Source: Paragordius varius
Taxonomy: Eukaryota > Animalia > Nematomorpha
DNA: 64,000 nucleotides
Direction: 5' to 3'
NCBI GenBank assembly: GCA_964247055.1
Contig: OZ176056.1
Coordinates: forward strand, 8,060,001 to 8,124,000
Every line of letters starts with the position of its first letter. Positions within the stretch are counted from its first letter, which is position 1. The notes under the pieces are model-generated. The model saw only the letters and a program-made list of their open reading frames with translations. It ran no database searches and was not told where the DNA came from. Shown here one piece after another: positions 51,379 through 64,000 of the stretch. Both the position numbers and the translations under genes were made by a program.

Positions 51379-52418
51379 TAAAAAATTTTAAAGGTGATTA
51401 TTGTAATTTATTTTCTATAAACAGCACAAAATTTTATAACATATATTATATATTGAGTTCATATATATTTTTAACCTATGTATTACTTTTTGAATATACA
51501 GTCTTTAGTATTTATGATTATAAGAAAATACTTTTTATTTGATATTTTATAACTGGTATTGGTTCAATGAATCATCATTTAATTAGCAGATAGGATAAAA
51601 ATTGGATTTTCTATATTTTCATTTAGCAAATATTAATAAACTTTTAACTCATATATTTTGCCATATATACATTTAGTTTATGAAATTGTAAAATACAACA
51701 ACATGGATGATGAAAGCAAAATTTGCCAAGATTCCAATCTTTGTTCTTTAAGTATCTTCTTTTTAATTTTTTATATATTTTTTATCCAATTTATATAAGG
51801 TTTTTTTTTCATTGTTTAAAAATACAGTATATATATTTTTATTTAAACTGCAAATTTTTTTAAACCTTAGTATCAACATTAGTGATTTCCGACCTTTTTT
51901 TGTTCACATGCCCCGCAAAGTTGAAAAAAATAAATTTCACCCCAAAAAATTATAAAAATGCAAAAATTTATTGTAAAGAACCATAATCAATGAAATATCT
52001 GCGATTGTTGAAATATTTTTTCCATATCGGAGATGTATCTTGATTATTTGCACCTGACATATTTATTAACTTTCTATTTGTTTATATTTTTACTTTTTTA
52101 ATTGAATTCTCAATTTTTTTCACCCCTTGGCTTAATTTTTTGCGCCCTCCTTTTGGGAACCACTGATTTACATAATAATGATTTCAACGGGAAATATATA
52201 TTATTGTATTTTATCAATTTACAACTATTCAAACGCATAATTATAAATCAAGGTTGTTTATAAAATATATTGTCTTTTTCTTTAAAAAAATTTGTTTTTT
52301 AGATATCACATTCTTTTTATTTAATATTTTTTTATTGTTTTTAGAAAATGATATATGTGACATTGCAAATTTGGCAAGTTCTCAGATCTTGACTCCAGTC
52401 TACATTGCCCAAAATTAG
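48278..52418 (+). CDS. NIPSNAP: NIPSNAP-family protein (model 280 aa; first exon tentative)
   Basis: Exons 48278-48344 (tentative), 50105-50200, 50237-50434, 50469-50633, 50997-51164, 51677-51751 and 52345-52418 (TAG) sum to 843 nt in frame. Motifs LYEMKMIKTTPE, LLGYWDTEFGSLNSLIQLWEY, RNRLHHDEQW...KQEN and GVYYRLNTYMLK fit two NIPSNAP domains; the second is divergent. Confidence 0.85.
48524..50085 (-). mobile_element. piggyBac-type MITE family A split by a 1-kb insertion
   Basis: cacttcgattcaaattgg at 48524, with the body resuming at 49678 and ending tgttgtatccaagtg at 50085. Confidence 0.85.
48672..49677. mobile_element. Non-autonomous TIR element, probably PIF/Harbinger-like (1006 bp)
   Basis: 18-bp imperfect TIR GGGTG(G/A)(G/T)GTGATAAAAAA, an apparent 3-bp AAA duplication, and subterminal cacttga/tcaagt motifs. 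The superfamily is inferred only from the GGG ends and 3-bp TSD. Confidence 0.7.
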
Positions 52419-53258
52419 ATGCAAACATCAATTAATTTAAAATAATGCAATTTATATGATTTTATTCAATTTATATTATTATAGATTTTTTAATTTTGAA
52501 CAAAATTTTTAGAAAAATTAACTAGTCAATAGTGTATAGCAAATTTTTAGGTAATCGAATCAAAATTAGTTATTTTTCATAAAGTTTATTATAGCAATTA
52601 AATAATAAATTAATATATTACTCATTTATTTTTTAAATACTGTAATTTTTACGATGCATATGAATATAATTTAAAAAATAATATATTAAAAAATGTGTTT
52701 TGTATAGTAATTATTTTGTAAAAATTACAGCCCAAGTTTTTTAATGGCTATAATAAAAAATAGGTTTACAGTGCATTTGAATATAAAATTTAGTTATATA
52801 TTTATTTATAATTGAATGAAATAGATTTTGAGTTTATTTATTTAGATATGATTTTTGATGGTAAAATATAAACTAGAAATAAGTTTTTCATGTAAATTTA
52901 ATTAAAAAATATTTTAGATCTGTTAGAAAAAATTCCAAATATATATATATATATATATATAATAACACAGCAGCTGCAAGAGTTATCATAAAGCAATTTT
53001 AGGAAATTTTAGTTTTCTTATTGATCCTAACCAATATGAATTCTATATTTTTTGGGGGCACATTTCATTACCCTGAAACTTTTAGCATAGATATATGATA
53101 TATTAACATTTATTTTTTAATGCCCACCATGTGATATAAGTTTAAAGAATTTTAACATAATGAGTGGCATTTAGCAAGCAATATATATAATTTTAAAAGA
53201 ATATTAACATAAAATTAATATTGATCTTATCCTTATATCTGACGCTTTGGTGATTTAA

Positions 53259-54423
53259 CACTTCGATACAACAAACTCATTTAAGTCCTTTGATTCAAAT
53301 TGGGGTAGTTGGATACCCCAGGCCTGTTTAAAATCAAATACTTAAAGAAGTATGGAAGGAATCGAAACCATGACAAAAATTTGCATTTGTATAACATTAA
53401 CACTTCGATTCAAATTGGGGTATCTAAATACCCCAGACTAAATTTAAATTAAAATTTTCAAAAAACTACCGAAAGAAACGGTCCTAATTTAAATTTATGC
53501 TTCTATCCTGATAAATATTATATAAATATGCCAAAATATCTTGATAAAATTTTGTTTTGAAAAAAAAGTTCCATCTCAAACTACTTCGACGCCATTTTTA
53601 TTTTATAAAAAATTTGAAAAATATCGTCTTCATTTAATTTTAAGGGTAAAACTAAAGCTTATATTTTATATAAATTATATCTAACATTGATAGAAATAGA
53701 AAAAGCGGTTTATTTTGTATTATTTTTTAATTTTACAATTTGACACATGTCACGTTGACTAAATTTTTACCTTTGAGTTTTAGCTCAAAATAAGTAATAT
53801 CAAGTATTTTCGAATAAAATTTTTTATATATTTCGGTTTATTAATGTTATATAAGTGCAAAATTTTTCCATGGTTTGGATTGCTTCCATACTTTTTAAAG
53901 TATTTGATTTTAAACAGGCCTGGGGTATCCACCTACCCCAATTTGAATCGAAGAACTAAAATGAGTGTGTTGTATCCAAGTGTTAATAAACCGAAATATA
54001 TAAAAAATTTAATTCAAAAATACTTGATATGACTTATTTTAAGCTAAAACCGAAAGGTAAAAATTTCGTCAACTTGACATGTGTCAAATTGTAAAATTAA
54101 AAATAATACAAAATAAACCGCTTTTTCTATTTCTATCAATGTTAAATGTAATTTATAAAAAAATAGCTTTAGTTTTACCCTTAAAATTAAATGAAGACGA
54201 TATTTTGTAAAAATTTTGCAAAATAAAAAGGGCGTCGAAGTAGTTTGAGATGGAACTTTTTTTTCAAAACAAAATTTTATCAAGCTATTTTGGCATATTT
54301 ATATAATTTTTATCAGGATAGAAGCATAAATTTAAATTAGAACCGTTTTCTTTAATACTTTTTTAAAAATATTAATTTAAATTTAGTCTGGGGTATTTAG
54401 ATACCCCAATTTGAATCGAAGTG
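53259..54423 (+). mobile_element. piggyBac-type MITE family A (outer copy) carrying a second copy inside it
   Basis: TTAA at 53255-53258 and 54424-54427. Interrupted at its internal TTAA (53397-53400, duplicated at 53983-53986). Confidence 0.92.
53401..53982 (-). mobile_element. piggyBac-type MITE family A (inner copy, 582 bp, antisense)
   Basis: Complete cactt...aagtg element with a TTAA duplication on both sides. Confidence 0.95.
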
Positions 54424-55311
54424 TTAAATCAAATATTTTAAGGTAAGGTACATGGATGTTATGAATAGGCTGATCTTAAGAAAGCTAGGCCCTTGAATAT
54501 AAAGTAAAGATATATAATAAATAAAGATATGAAACTGTTGGTTAGATTCAAATATTGATAAAACTTTAGTAGATTTTGATCAAAATTAAAGGTCATAATC
54601 ACTAATAAATGGGTGTTTTTTTATGTATTAGTTAAAAAAATAACTTTTAAATATCCATTTTTTTGAAATATAAATAAAAATTTTTAAAATCCAGCGCCCC
54701 TCAACTATGGCGCCAAGTAAATTAGCCCCCCTTTCCATCCCTCTAGCTACGCCCCTGGAGGGACAAATAACTTCATTAACAAAAGTTAGAAAATTTATGT
54801 GGTGATTTTAACGGACATGTGGAACAAAATAGAGAGGTTTTATTACTTGGGTATAACAAATATTTTTTTACTAAAAAGAATATCTATTTATTTACGTACG
54901 AAAATGGAATAAATCGATTATATCCATGTACTGCGAAAATCTTTATTTAAAAAATTAAAATTTTTTCAAAATATCTACTGAATAGATTATTAAAACCATA
55001 ATTTCATATAATATAATTTTTTTATTCCTTTTGCATGCGGAACAAAAGCTTATTGGGGATGTAAAGTTGTCAATATTTAGACCGCCTCTTTTCAAAAAAG
55101 AACTAACTTTTAAAATTACTATTATTCAATCTAAAAATATATATAATATAATATAATTTTTATATTTTTAAGAACCATAAATATTTGCAATCACCTAATG
55201 ATACACCACAAAATGTTTCAAAACCCTTGAATTTATATACTGTTTATCGCATGATAAGCGTACATGCACAAATTTAAATTTAAATGTTAAAATATCGAAC
55301 AGTATTTTAGC

Positions 55312-58300
55312 ATGGATATATTTGCAAACGTTATAACATATTCCAAAAAAGATCGGGAGAAAAAATATAAAAGTGCATTAAATAAACAAAAAGCTCTCCA
55401 ATCAGATGATTTTGATAAAGAATTTTCTTCTAATCAGAAGCAGCTAGTAGATAAGTTAACTCCCTTAAAAAGTGAAGAAATTGACCAAGATGCAACATTA
55501 ATTTCCTTGTATAACAGTTTAATAATAACCGATGATGATGATAACAATAATGAAGTATCAAGAATTAATTGTAGCTCTTCTGAAACTTCAGATTTTATCA
55601 ATTTTTTCTTCCATAACAAATGCAAAAATCGAAGCAGGTATAATTGGATATTTAAAATTTCGATTAGTAAAAATTAATTGTTAAATATGTTTTTTATAAT
55701 ATCTAGCTTGGAAATTTAGTTTTTTCTACGTTTTAAGGGCGAATATTTATTGAAATCGTATTTGACTATCTCAAATTTTTTACTTGTTAATATTTTAAAA
55801 TTTATAACCCCGCTTTTATTTTTGAATATCAGATCTTAAAAACGCGAATGAATAAAATGGAATTATATCAAATTTTAAGAACTTTAACCGGTTTTTTTAA
55901 TTTGACTCGAGATGTATTAAAAAATTGATTTCATAGTTTCGTTTAAGGAGGCCAATTGTATTCTTATAGTTAGGCAAAAATATTACATCAATTTTTATTA
56001 TTGTAATAATTTATTATTCTCATTTTTTATATAGCAAACAACTTTTAAACGCTTACAATAGGCTAAAATCATTCCTACTCTACAACGATCAACAATCGCC
56101 GAATGATCTCATTAAACCTAATCCCAATATATATCATCCTAATTACATATATGATAATGGTGCAAAGGAAATTTTAGATTCTATAAATTTTGACCACCCA
56201 CAATCAAAAGGGCATAAACAATCATTACCCCATATAAAATCTTTATCACGACGTCTATTTAATCGACCATTCAATTCAAATATTCTCCTTTCAAATTTTA
56301 CGAATCACGATGAAAATTTAGTAAAATCATCTTTCCAAATTTCAAATTCCCACGAAAATGTACAACGAAAAACTTTACAAAACGACAACAATACAATGCC
56401 TGTTATACAGTCAAAAAATTCACAATTCTTATTAAATGTTCCAAACAATTTGGGTTCAGGAAACGCAAATAATAAAAAAATTATAGCCAGTAGTACACCA
56501 TTTCAGAGTCCTTTACGGATACTGATTAATTCAAAGTTAGTAATAAATTGCTCTTTTTTTTCTTAAAATGGGGTTAGAAATCCAACGTCTGGTTATAAAA
56601 TGTTTAAGAACACTACTGATGAATGTCATTTAAAATATTAAAACTTAAAGAGAAATATGTTTGGACATTATATAATATTGAGTGGTTCGTTTTGATTTTT
56701 CTTCAAAATCCTAAACCTTTTAATTTGTAGATTAGATTAACGGACGAGTGAATAATACTTTAAATCTTTTGTAAGTTTTTACCTCAAGAATTATATATTA
56801 TTGCCCCAAAAAAATTTCTACGGAGCAGTTATATAAGTATTTTACAATTTCACATTTTTTCTTATGGTAAATTATTAATAATAATACTTTTATTCGATTT
56901 TTTATTCAAATCAATAAACTAAATTGCAATGTTAGTGTGGATTTTCAATGATTTAAAATGAGTCCACAATTCATTTAACTAAAACGTTTTGACTGCAAAT
57001 TATATATGTGCTTTAAAAGACTCCTCATCCTTTGGTGGACTAATATTAAATTGTTTAATAAACTAACAAAGTTTTTTTAGTTTTTGTATTGAGTTTTATC
57101 AAGTCTTTCTATTTTAGACCACAATATAGGAGATTGTAACAAAGTTGCCTAAATATCCAATAATTTAGTTAATACCCATTTTTTAAATAAAAAAAATATG
57201 TTTTTGCAAATATAAATTATTTGTTTTAATAATCCTTATAACTCTATATAACTTTTTTGCGCAGAAAACCGAATAATTCACCAACAACACATTCCAGTAG
57301 CGTTCTACAACCCATAGTTGAAGAATTTATCCCTTCTGTACTACAACTAAAGAATAAAGTTGATGTAATAAACTATTCACCATCACCTACTGTGTTTTTA
57401 CGCAATGTTAAATCCCAATTACATAATAAGGCGCCTAGAAAATCATTTTTTTTAACCTCAATTTACAACAAGAATTTATCGGATGATAGCCATCATACAT
57501 GCGATCATTCTATATTGTTGTTTGAACCAAACTCTTTGATTCAAAATACCGGTTCCAATCTCAAGGATGAATTCTCTGTTAGAAATAGTGTTTTACAGAC
57601 GACAAAAAATGATGATATGCTTCTTCAAAATCCTGAAGGTAAGTTTGGTTGGTTGGTTTTTATAATTTTTTTAAGTTGTGTAAAATTTGTTAAAATATAT
57701 TGTAATTTGAATCTGAATTTTGCCCTTTTTAACTTGAAATGTGTTTAAAACTAGATAGAAATGAAAATTAACATCTTTTAACATGGGTATACATATATTG
57801 AAATGATAATATTAAAAAAATAAACATTAAAGTAAATCATTAAGTTTGTGTTCGAATATTTCTTTATTTATTAGTACACAAAAATTGAAATTATACGGGC
57901 AAAAAAATGTAAAAATATAAAGACAAATATTTTTTTATAAAACTGTACTTTAATAAACATGATTTTTTTAACATAATAATTCATTGTAGTATGCGTTATA
58001 TTGAATAAAGTATGTCCTAAAGATATAAATTGTTAACACAATCAATTAGTATCTATCTATTTTACATTTGGAATTAAAAAACTAGGGTTAAAAAAGTATA
58101 GTTTTTTACTTTTTAGAACTTTATTTTTTATATTATGTTTTTGTCCGTATAATTTCAATTTTTACTGTATACATAAATTAGGTTATCAAGAACCATCCAC
58201 GTCATTTATTAACGATACGGTCAACTTTAAAAGCGAATTATCAGTTTTATTGTTCAATTCAACATATCCCAATCTTTTAAATCCTTCATCCACAAATTAC

Positions 58301-61300
58301 ATTAATAATACTTTTAGTAATAAAAATGAAAATGCAACTATATTAGACCACGTCACCAATAATATTTTTGACAATATTTACGAAACTACGAATGCTCAAA
58401 ATATTGTAACATTTGAAAATATACTCTCCTACTGCATGTGGAAAAATGTAATCTCTTTTGATCGTTTCATAAATCATGTCAAGACGGAATGCTTTTCCAG
58501 GTAAATTTTTTTTGAAACTATGAAAAAAAAAAAGAATATTTATTTCACAATACAAGGGAGAAAGTCCCCTAATAATGATTTTTTATCATAAACTGGTCGT
58601 ACGATAAATTAGATATTAATTATTTAATATAATATTTAATATGGCATATTTTTTTTAAAAAATTGTTGAAGGTTATGTACATTAATTTTTGGCATCCCTG
58701 GTAATAAACCAAAAACGATATGTATCTGAGTAATATGATAAATATTACAGTAGTAATAACTAATATATATATATATATATATTAAAAAACTGTTTATTGG
58801 AAATTTATTTAATAGATCAACACTAAATTCACCTTTGCACATTACTTCGAATTCCGAAAAATAAAATATGTTTTTGGAAAATGAAATATTAACTATATTT
58901 TATGATATTTTTAAATTATGAATCTCTACTCTGATTAAAAATTAAAAGGTAACTATGCCATAAGAAAATATTTACATTAGATTAGCTCGGGATATAAATC
59001 AATAGGCAGCATTTCAGAGGTAATGGTATATACCATATACAATCCGAATTCACTCTAAAAATAAATTATGTGTTTTCGGGCTAATATAACTCATCATTGT
59101 TAATTTCAAACATATCTTTATGGTATGGTTAAGGTGACCAGATTTTTTGAAGGAAAAAGCGGGACAAATCTGAGAAATGGGGGGGGGGGGGTTATAAGGT
59201 GGAATGTACAAATTAAAATTTTTATACAAAAAATTTATTGTAGTATTTATTTATTTTTAACACATGTACATTATATATATAAAAAAATATTTAAATCCTT
59301 GTTATATTTTTTATTTGAGTGAATGCGTAACAGATTGTCACCATTTTATAAAATATTGTAGAAATCTTCACAAGATTTGTAGCATTATATTTGACAGATA
59401 ACACGGCCTTTAAGGTCTCAACATTTAAATTTGATTTTTCCGATGTCCACATCTGATTTACTATGGAAAAAACGCGCTCAGTAGCAGCGTTGGTTCCACG
59501 TAAAGATAATGCAACTACAATTTTTAAAATATTGTATGGAACATAGTTTGTTTCAAAATAATGAAATATTTCCAACCATTTCTTTTCTACTGTATTTTTT
59601 TCTGTTGTCCATAATTTAATTTTTTCATTATTAATATATTTTATAACTAATGATATTTTAGAAAAAAGATATTTTCTGTAAGGTTATTTTGGGAATTTTT
59701 GGGAGATGCAGAAAGGATTTTTGAACATCGCACCAATTAAATTCTGGTTTTAATGTTATCCAATGAAAATGATCAATTTCATTAAATTGCACCGTCCAGT
59801 CTTCCAATAATCTTTACAGTTTGTATAAAACATTTTAATGGTACAAGATATCTTGGCGATTTATTAAGCCTCGTTTTTCTAAATTATTTATAATACGGAT
59901 GTTTACTGGTATAAAATTATTTTATAACCTTTCTACTTTGGAATTTTAGGTTACTAACTTCATTGGCTACTTCGATTGCCGAAGTTTTGTCACTTTCTAT
60001 CAATTTAATAACATTATTAAAGACAGAAGCTTGATTATGTAGGAACTCTAACCATATTGAAGAATCACTTTCAAAAAACTTTTCCAAAGTTGTAGGACAT
60101 TTGTCCTGTGATAAAAAAAAAGATTTTAAAGGATCATTTTTTAAAATTCCTCCGATAGCTGGCAGAAGAGCAAACCAACGTTACAATATTCAAGCATTTT
60201 TTAATATTGAACTTCTGCATTTGCACAGAATTTCTTAAGCGTTTCAACGCGTACCGTGTATATAAAAATAGGAATATAACAACTACATTTTCCACATCTA
60301 GGGGTAACAAATCAGCAGCTGTTTGAATAGCGTTGTGTATTATATGCGCTACACACCCAACGTCAATAATGGATTGAGATTATCTGCTAATTAATGAAAA
60401 TTATTTTTTGTTCCCCTCCTTGCTTTTCCACCGAAGTTCGTATTGGTGTTGTCACCGCAATATGCGATGATTTTGTCTTTTTATTTTTTCCTAGAATATT
60501 CATTATTGAAGTAAAATTATGTCGGAATTCGCACCGGGTAGAGAAATAAAATTTAAAATTTTAATTTTACTCCGGTTTCTGGACAAAATATTTTATTAAC
60601 GTGAGAAATATTTTTGTTTCCTGATTTGATACATCAGAGTATGGCGATATGAAATTAATTTTCAGGAAATCTTTTTGTATTCAGAAAATGCATGTGGCGA
60701 AAGGACAATGCATACAATGCCTTCAGCCTTTGCACGGGCACGAATAACATGTGAGGTACAATCCATAGATCTAAAGGAATGATTGTGATTAACGCGTGAA
60801 AAGATAAAACGCCTTGGGCTAGTGCCAAATTCTTTTCTTCCTCTCCAAAAGCGGTTTTACGATAAAAATCCCTCATTTTGTAAGATGATGCCACCATATC
60901 TAAACATTTTTTATGTTTCTGTCTTTCCATATGCTTTGTAATATTATGCTTACCGCCATGTGGTAGGGTGAACCCCTAACATAAAGCATTCAACAAATGA
61001 TTCATTCTTCGTTTTTTTGATAAAAGGAAATTCTTTCATTAAATCATCGTTAAATTTACAAGCCCTTTTTGTACTCATATTTTAAACTAATCTATATATT
61101 TATAAAAATGGAAAATGCTGGCTTTGTGATCTGGTACCGGAAAACCGGTAGACCCATTCAAATCCAAAGTTCGAAAAAATATAATCATTAATGAATGCCC
61201 CAACAATAGCTTCGCCCTTTTAAATAGGCCCCCAGTTCGGGCCCACCCCGTGTGAAATACGGGTTTTTTTTCAAAACAAAAGTCCACAAAATCGTGTCTT

Positions 61301-62659
61301 TGAGACAATTTTCTGGAGAACGTGTTGGACCATTTAATTTCAAATATGATTTTTGTTTACTTATTTTCGATTGCGCCGAACATAGTCGTCTCGCTTTTTT
61401 GATTAAAGCCCTCTTTTTACCCGCTCCCCCCGTAAAATGCCATTTTTTTAAAAAAAACAAAGTCCATAAAAATAATTTTTTAAATCTAATTTTCGCCCTA
61501 TTAAACAATATATTAATTAGTATGAATGCTCCGTTTTAAAATTCCTATAAAATCATATCTATTAAATAATGTTTCGAAATAATCCACATATGTGGATCAT
61601 TTTATTGTCCCTTATTTCAAATAGCCCTCCCCCCCAGAAGTCCGAAGGACTTCCACTGGCTGAGTAGCAGCACGAGATTTACGCTAGTATTAATATAAAA
61701 AATATTATATTACCTTAATTTTCTGGAGTAAACGTATAAGCTACCGATTTGTGATATTAATTTGTCTTTTTGATAATGTTGGCAGTAGGAAAGTGTATAA
61801 TCATATGATATAAATTTGAAAAAAATAAATATTTTTAATTTAAAAATAAACTTTAATTTAAAATTGATACAGATTTTAAAGATAACTAATGATAAAAAAT
61901 TTAAACGGATAAAAAAAATAAATTTTTTATAAAAAACTTAAATGTATTTAAAAAAATCTTTTTTATATAATCGTGAAAAAGCGGGACATTTCATAAACGC
62001 AACAAGACGCGGGACAAAGTGTGAAAAAGCGGGACTGTCCCGCCAAAAGCGGGACGTCTGGTCACCTTAGGTATGGTATAATTATTTTTTCAGTATTATT
62101 CAAATTTAAAACAAAATTTTATTATATATAAAATGTAAAAAAAATATAGGTAATATATCCTAAAAAACCCACAATTTATTTTAGGGAGAATTTGAATTGT
62201 TCGAGGGTGAATTTGAATTGTTCAAGGGTGAATTTGAAGTTTAAATGGTATATTATACAATCGATTATAGTTTTTATCTAATAATGGCCGAAATAGGGTT
62301 TTTGAGCCATCTATGACTTTTACCATCAGGTTTATTAGGGGAAAATAAAAATCTACCGTTTTGTTAATGAAAATATAATAATTGTAAAATATATTATATA
62401 AAATATTTAACCTTTTAATTTTAAACCGTAAATGATTATTGATTTGATTAGGTATCCGGATAATAGCTATTCTGCCATCTTTCGTAAACTTGGGGAGGGT
62501 AGTTATGCTGAAATATTTGGTTTATACCTCAATCCACCCAAAAAAACAACAACTAATGCTGCTCGAAATGTCAAACAACATTATAACAAAAGTGGTGTAA
62601 TAAATGATCCTATAAGCCAAAAACCAATATATGCTTATAAAATTATTAATCTTACGCAG
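55312..62659 (+). CDS. HASPIN: Haspin-family Ser/Thr kinase, 5' part; gene continues beyond the last identified exon
   Basis: Exons 55312-55637, 56035-56535, 57265-57638, 58182-58500 and 62452-62659, with possible small exons at 56578-56750. A long low-complexity N-terminus (ASSTP) precedes ILSYCMWKNVISF and the kinase Gly-loop KLGEGSYAEIF with a YKII beta-3 lysine, the Haspin architecture. Later subdomains are not in view. Confidence 0.75.
59291..60990 (-). pseudogene. hAT transposase pseudogene
   Basis: Fragments YCGDNTNTNFGG, GCVAHIIHN (CxxH), RWFALLPAI...LKSFFLSQDKCP and GTNAATERVFS (dimerisation domain), broken by frameshifts and stops. Confidence 0.92.
61091..61687 (+). mobile_element. 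Non-autonomous Helitron, short form (597 bp), nested in the hAT element
   Basis: A|TCTATATATTTATAAAAATGG 5' end; 3' gctg...cagc hairpin followed by CTAG|T. Internal-deletion derivative of 38626-40589. Confidence 0.9.
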
Positions 62660-62812
62660 GTCATAGTTGGTTTATATTTTTTTTAGAGTGAGTAAAATGA
62701 ATGGATCCATATATTAATACAGGGAAAATTGAAATTATACACAGGGCAAACTTTAAAAAAAACAAATAACGAAAAGGTCAATGTACTTTTATAAACTTAT
62801 TATGCTTTAATA

Positions 62813-63166
62813 TACCATTTACAGTTCAAATTCACCCTTAAACAATTCAAATTCACCTTCGAACAATTCAAATTCACCCTCGAACAATTCAAATTCACCC
62901 CCAAATAAATTATGTGTTTTTTAAGATTAAATATTACCTATATTTTTTTATATTTTTTATAAAAAGAAATTTTGTATGTAATCAAAAAAATACTGAAAAA
63001 ATAATAAACTTTGCCATAAAAATATAATTAATTTTAATGATGAGTTATATTAGACCGAAATTTCATAATTTATTTTTAGGGTGAATTTGAATTGTTTAAG
63101 GGTGAATTTGAATTGTTCAAGGGTGAATTTGAATTGTTTAAGGGTGAATTTGAATTGTAAATGGTA
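62813..63166. mobile_element. MITE family E, intact copy (354 bp)
   Basis: TA + TACCATTTACA(G/A)TTCAAATTCACCCT ... reverse complement + TA, with 21-bp repeats in both arms. Confidence 0.9.
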
Positions 63167-64000
63167 TATACAGTAAAAATTGAAATTATCCGGACAAAAC
63201 GTAAAAATATAAAAACAAATATTTTTTGTCAAAAGACAACCATCTTTTTTAAATCTTGATTTGTTAAATAAATAAATATCGCATCAAAATATGGAATAGA
63301 GAAGTATATTGGTAACACAATCAATCATATATTTTATATAATTGTGAATAAATCATTTATATGGGAAAAATTTAAATTTACAAAAGTATGGCTTTTTAAA
63401 AAATATTTGTCTTTATGTTTTTACGTTTTGTCTATATAATAATAGTTTTTACTGTATAACTCATTGTTTTAAATTGCAAAGTATGTAATAGAAATATACA
63501 TTGGTAACACAATCATTTATATATTTAATAATTGTAATAATTGATTATATAGCAAAAGACCAGAGTTTAAAAAGTATCTATGGCTGTTTTTTGGAAATGT
63601 TTGTCTTTAATTTTTTACGTTTTATCTGATTAATATCACAATTTTTACTGTATGTCTATTTGGATTATTTTAAACATTCCAAATAGATAGAGAAAATGAT
63701 AGTATTTTTTTGTTTAAAATATGCTAAATAAAACAAATAAACTATACATTAACATAAAATCAAAAGATTGATAAAATATCAAATTGTTTGATTTTTTTAC
63801 TACAATATTATATATTTATTGTCGATATATTGGTCTTCACGTAATCAAGGTATGCTTAAAAATTTTTGGTAGTTTTTTAATAAGTTCTATCAATCATGAT
63901 TATATTCATAACTGGTCAGACCCATCACTAATTGGAGGCAAAAATATAACCAAATCATTTAAAAAACGTAAAAATTCGCAAGGACAAATATTTTTTGAGA

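Larger units (their letters stand above)
59130..62069 (-). mobile_element. hAT-Blackjack-type transposon, formerly autonomous, decayed
   Basis: Perfect TIR TAAGGTGACCAGA, perfect 8-bp TSD GGTATGGT (59122-59129 and 62070-62077), and subterminal GCGGGAC repeats. Confidence 0.95.
59031..62250. mobile_element. MITE family E copy split by a hAT element, inside a Haspin intron
   Basis: TA + taccatatac at 59031; the body resumes after 62077 and ends ttaaatggta + TA at 62250. Confidence 0.85.

Noticed and set aside
61087-61539. ORFs in Helitron copies (also 29474-29704)
   Set aside because: No Rep/helicase motifs, and the frames are not conserved between copies.
1-64000. tRNA, rRNA or other structured RNA genes; alternative genetic code
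   Set aside because: No recognisable cloverleaf or rRNA motif by eye, and all gene models close with standard stops. An Infernal/tRNAscan run would be needed to exclude small ncRNAs.

Overview
Very AT-rich, intron-containing eukaryotic (metazoan-like) DNA using the standard genetic code; the species cannot be determined from this window. I reconstructed six spliced protein-coding genes by hand. (1) MAU2/Scc4 cohesin loader subunit (minus, 180-11881, at least 16 exons). (2) A putative secreted helical cytokine-like protein (minus, 14721-17396; first exon not found). (3) An unusually long TRC8/RNF139-RNF145-type RING E3 ligase (minus, 30657-34409). (4) An 88-aa secreted Gln/Pro-repeat plus antistasin-like Cys peptide (minus, 43035-43909). 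(5) A NIPSNAP-family protein (plus, about 48278-52418). (6) The 5' part of a Haspin kinase (plus, from 55312, running off the window). The rest is densely nested DNA transposons: a decayed Mos1-like mariner, two decayed hAT elements, non-autonomous Helitrons, a TTAA piggyBac-type MITE family, Tc1/mariner-type MITEs, a roughly 1 kb foldback, and two MITE families that share TACCATTT ends and 21-bp periodic arms. The most striking observations are three frame-preserving 36-nt candidate micro-exons born by tandem duplication in MAU2, 25-36 nt introns alongside kb-sized TE-filled introns, the small secreted Cys-rich peptide, and a NIPSNAP that may carry a secretory signal. All gene models and family assignments come from manual reading and remembered family motifs; no database search was run.
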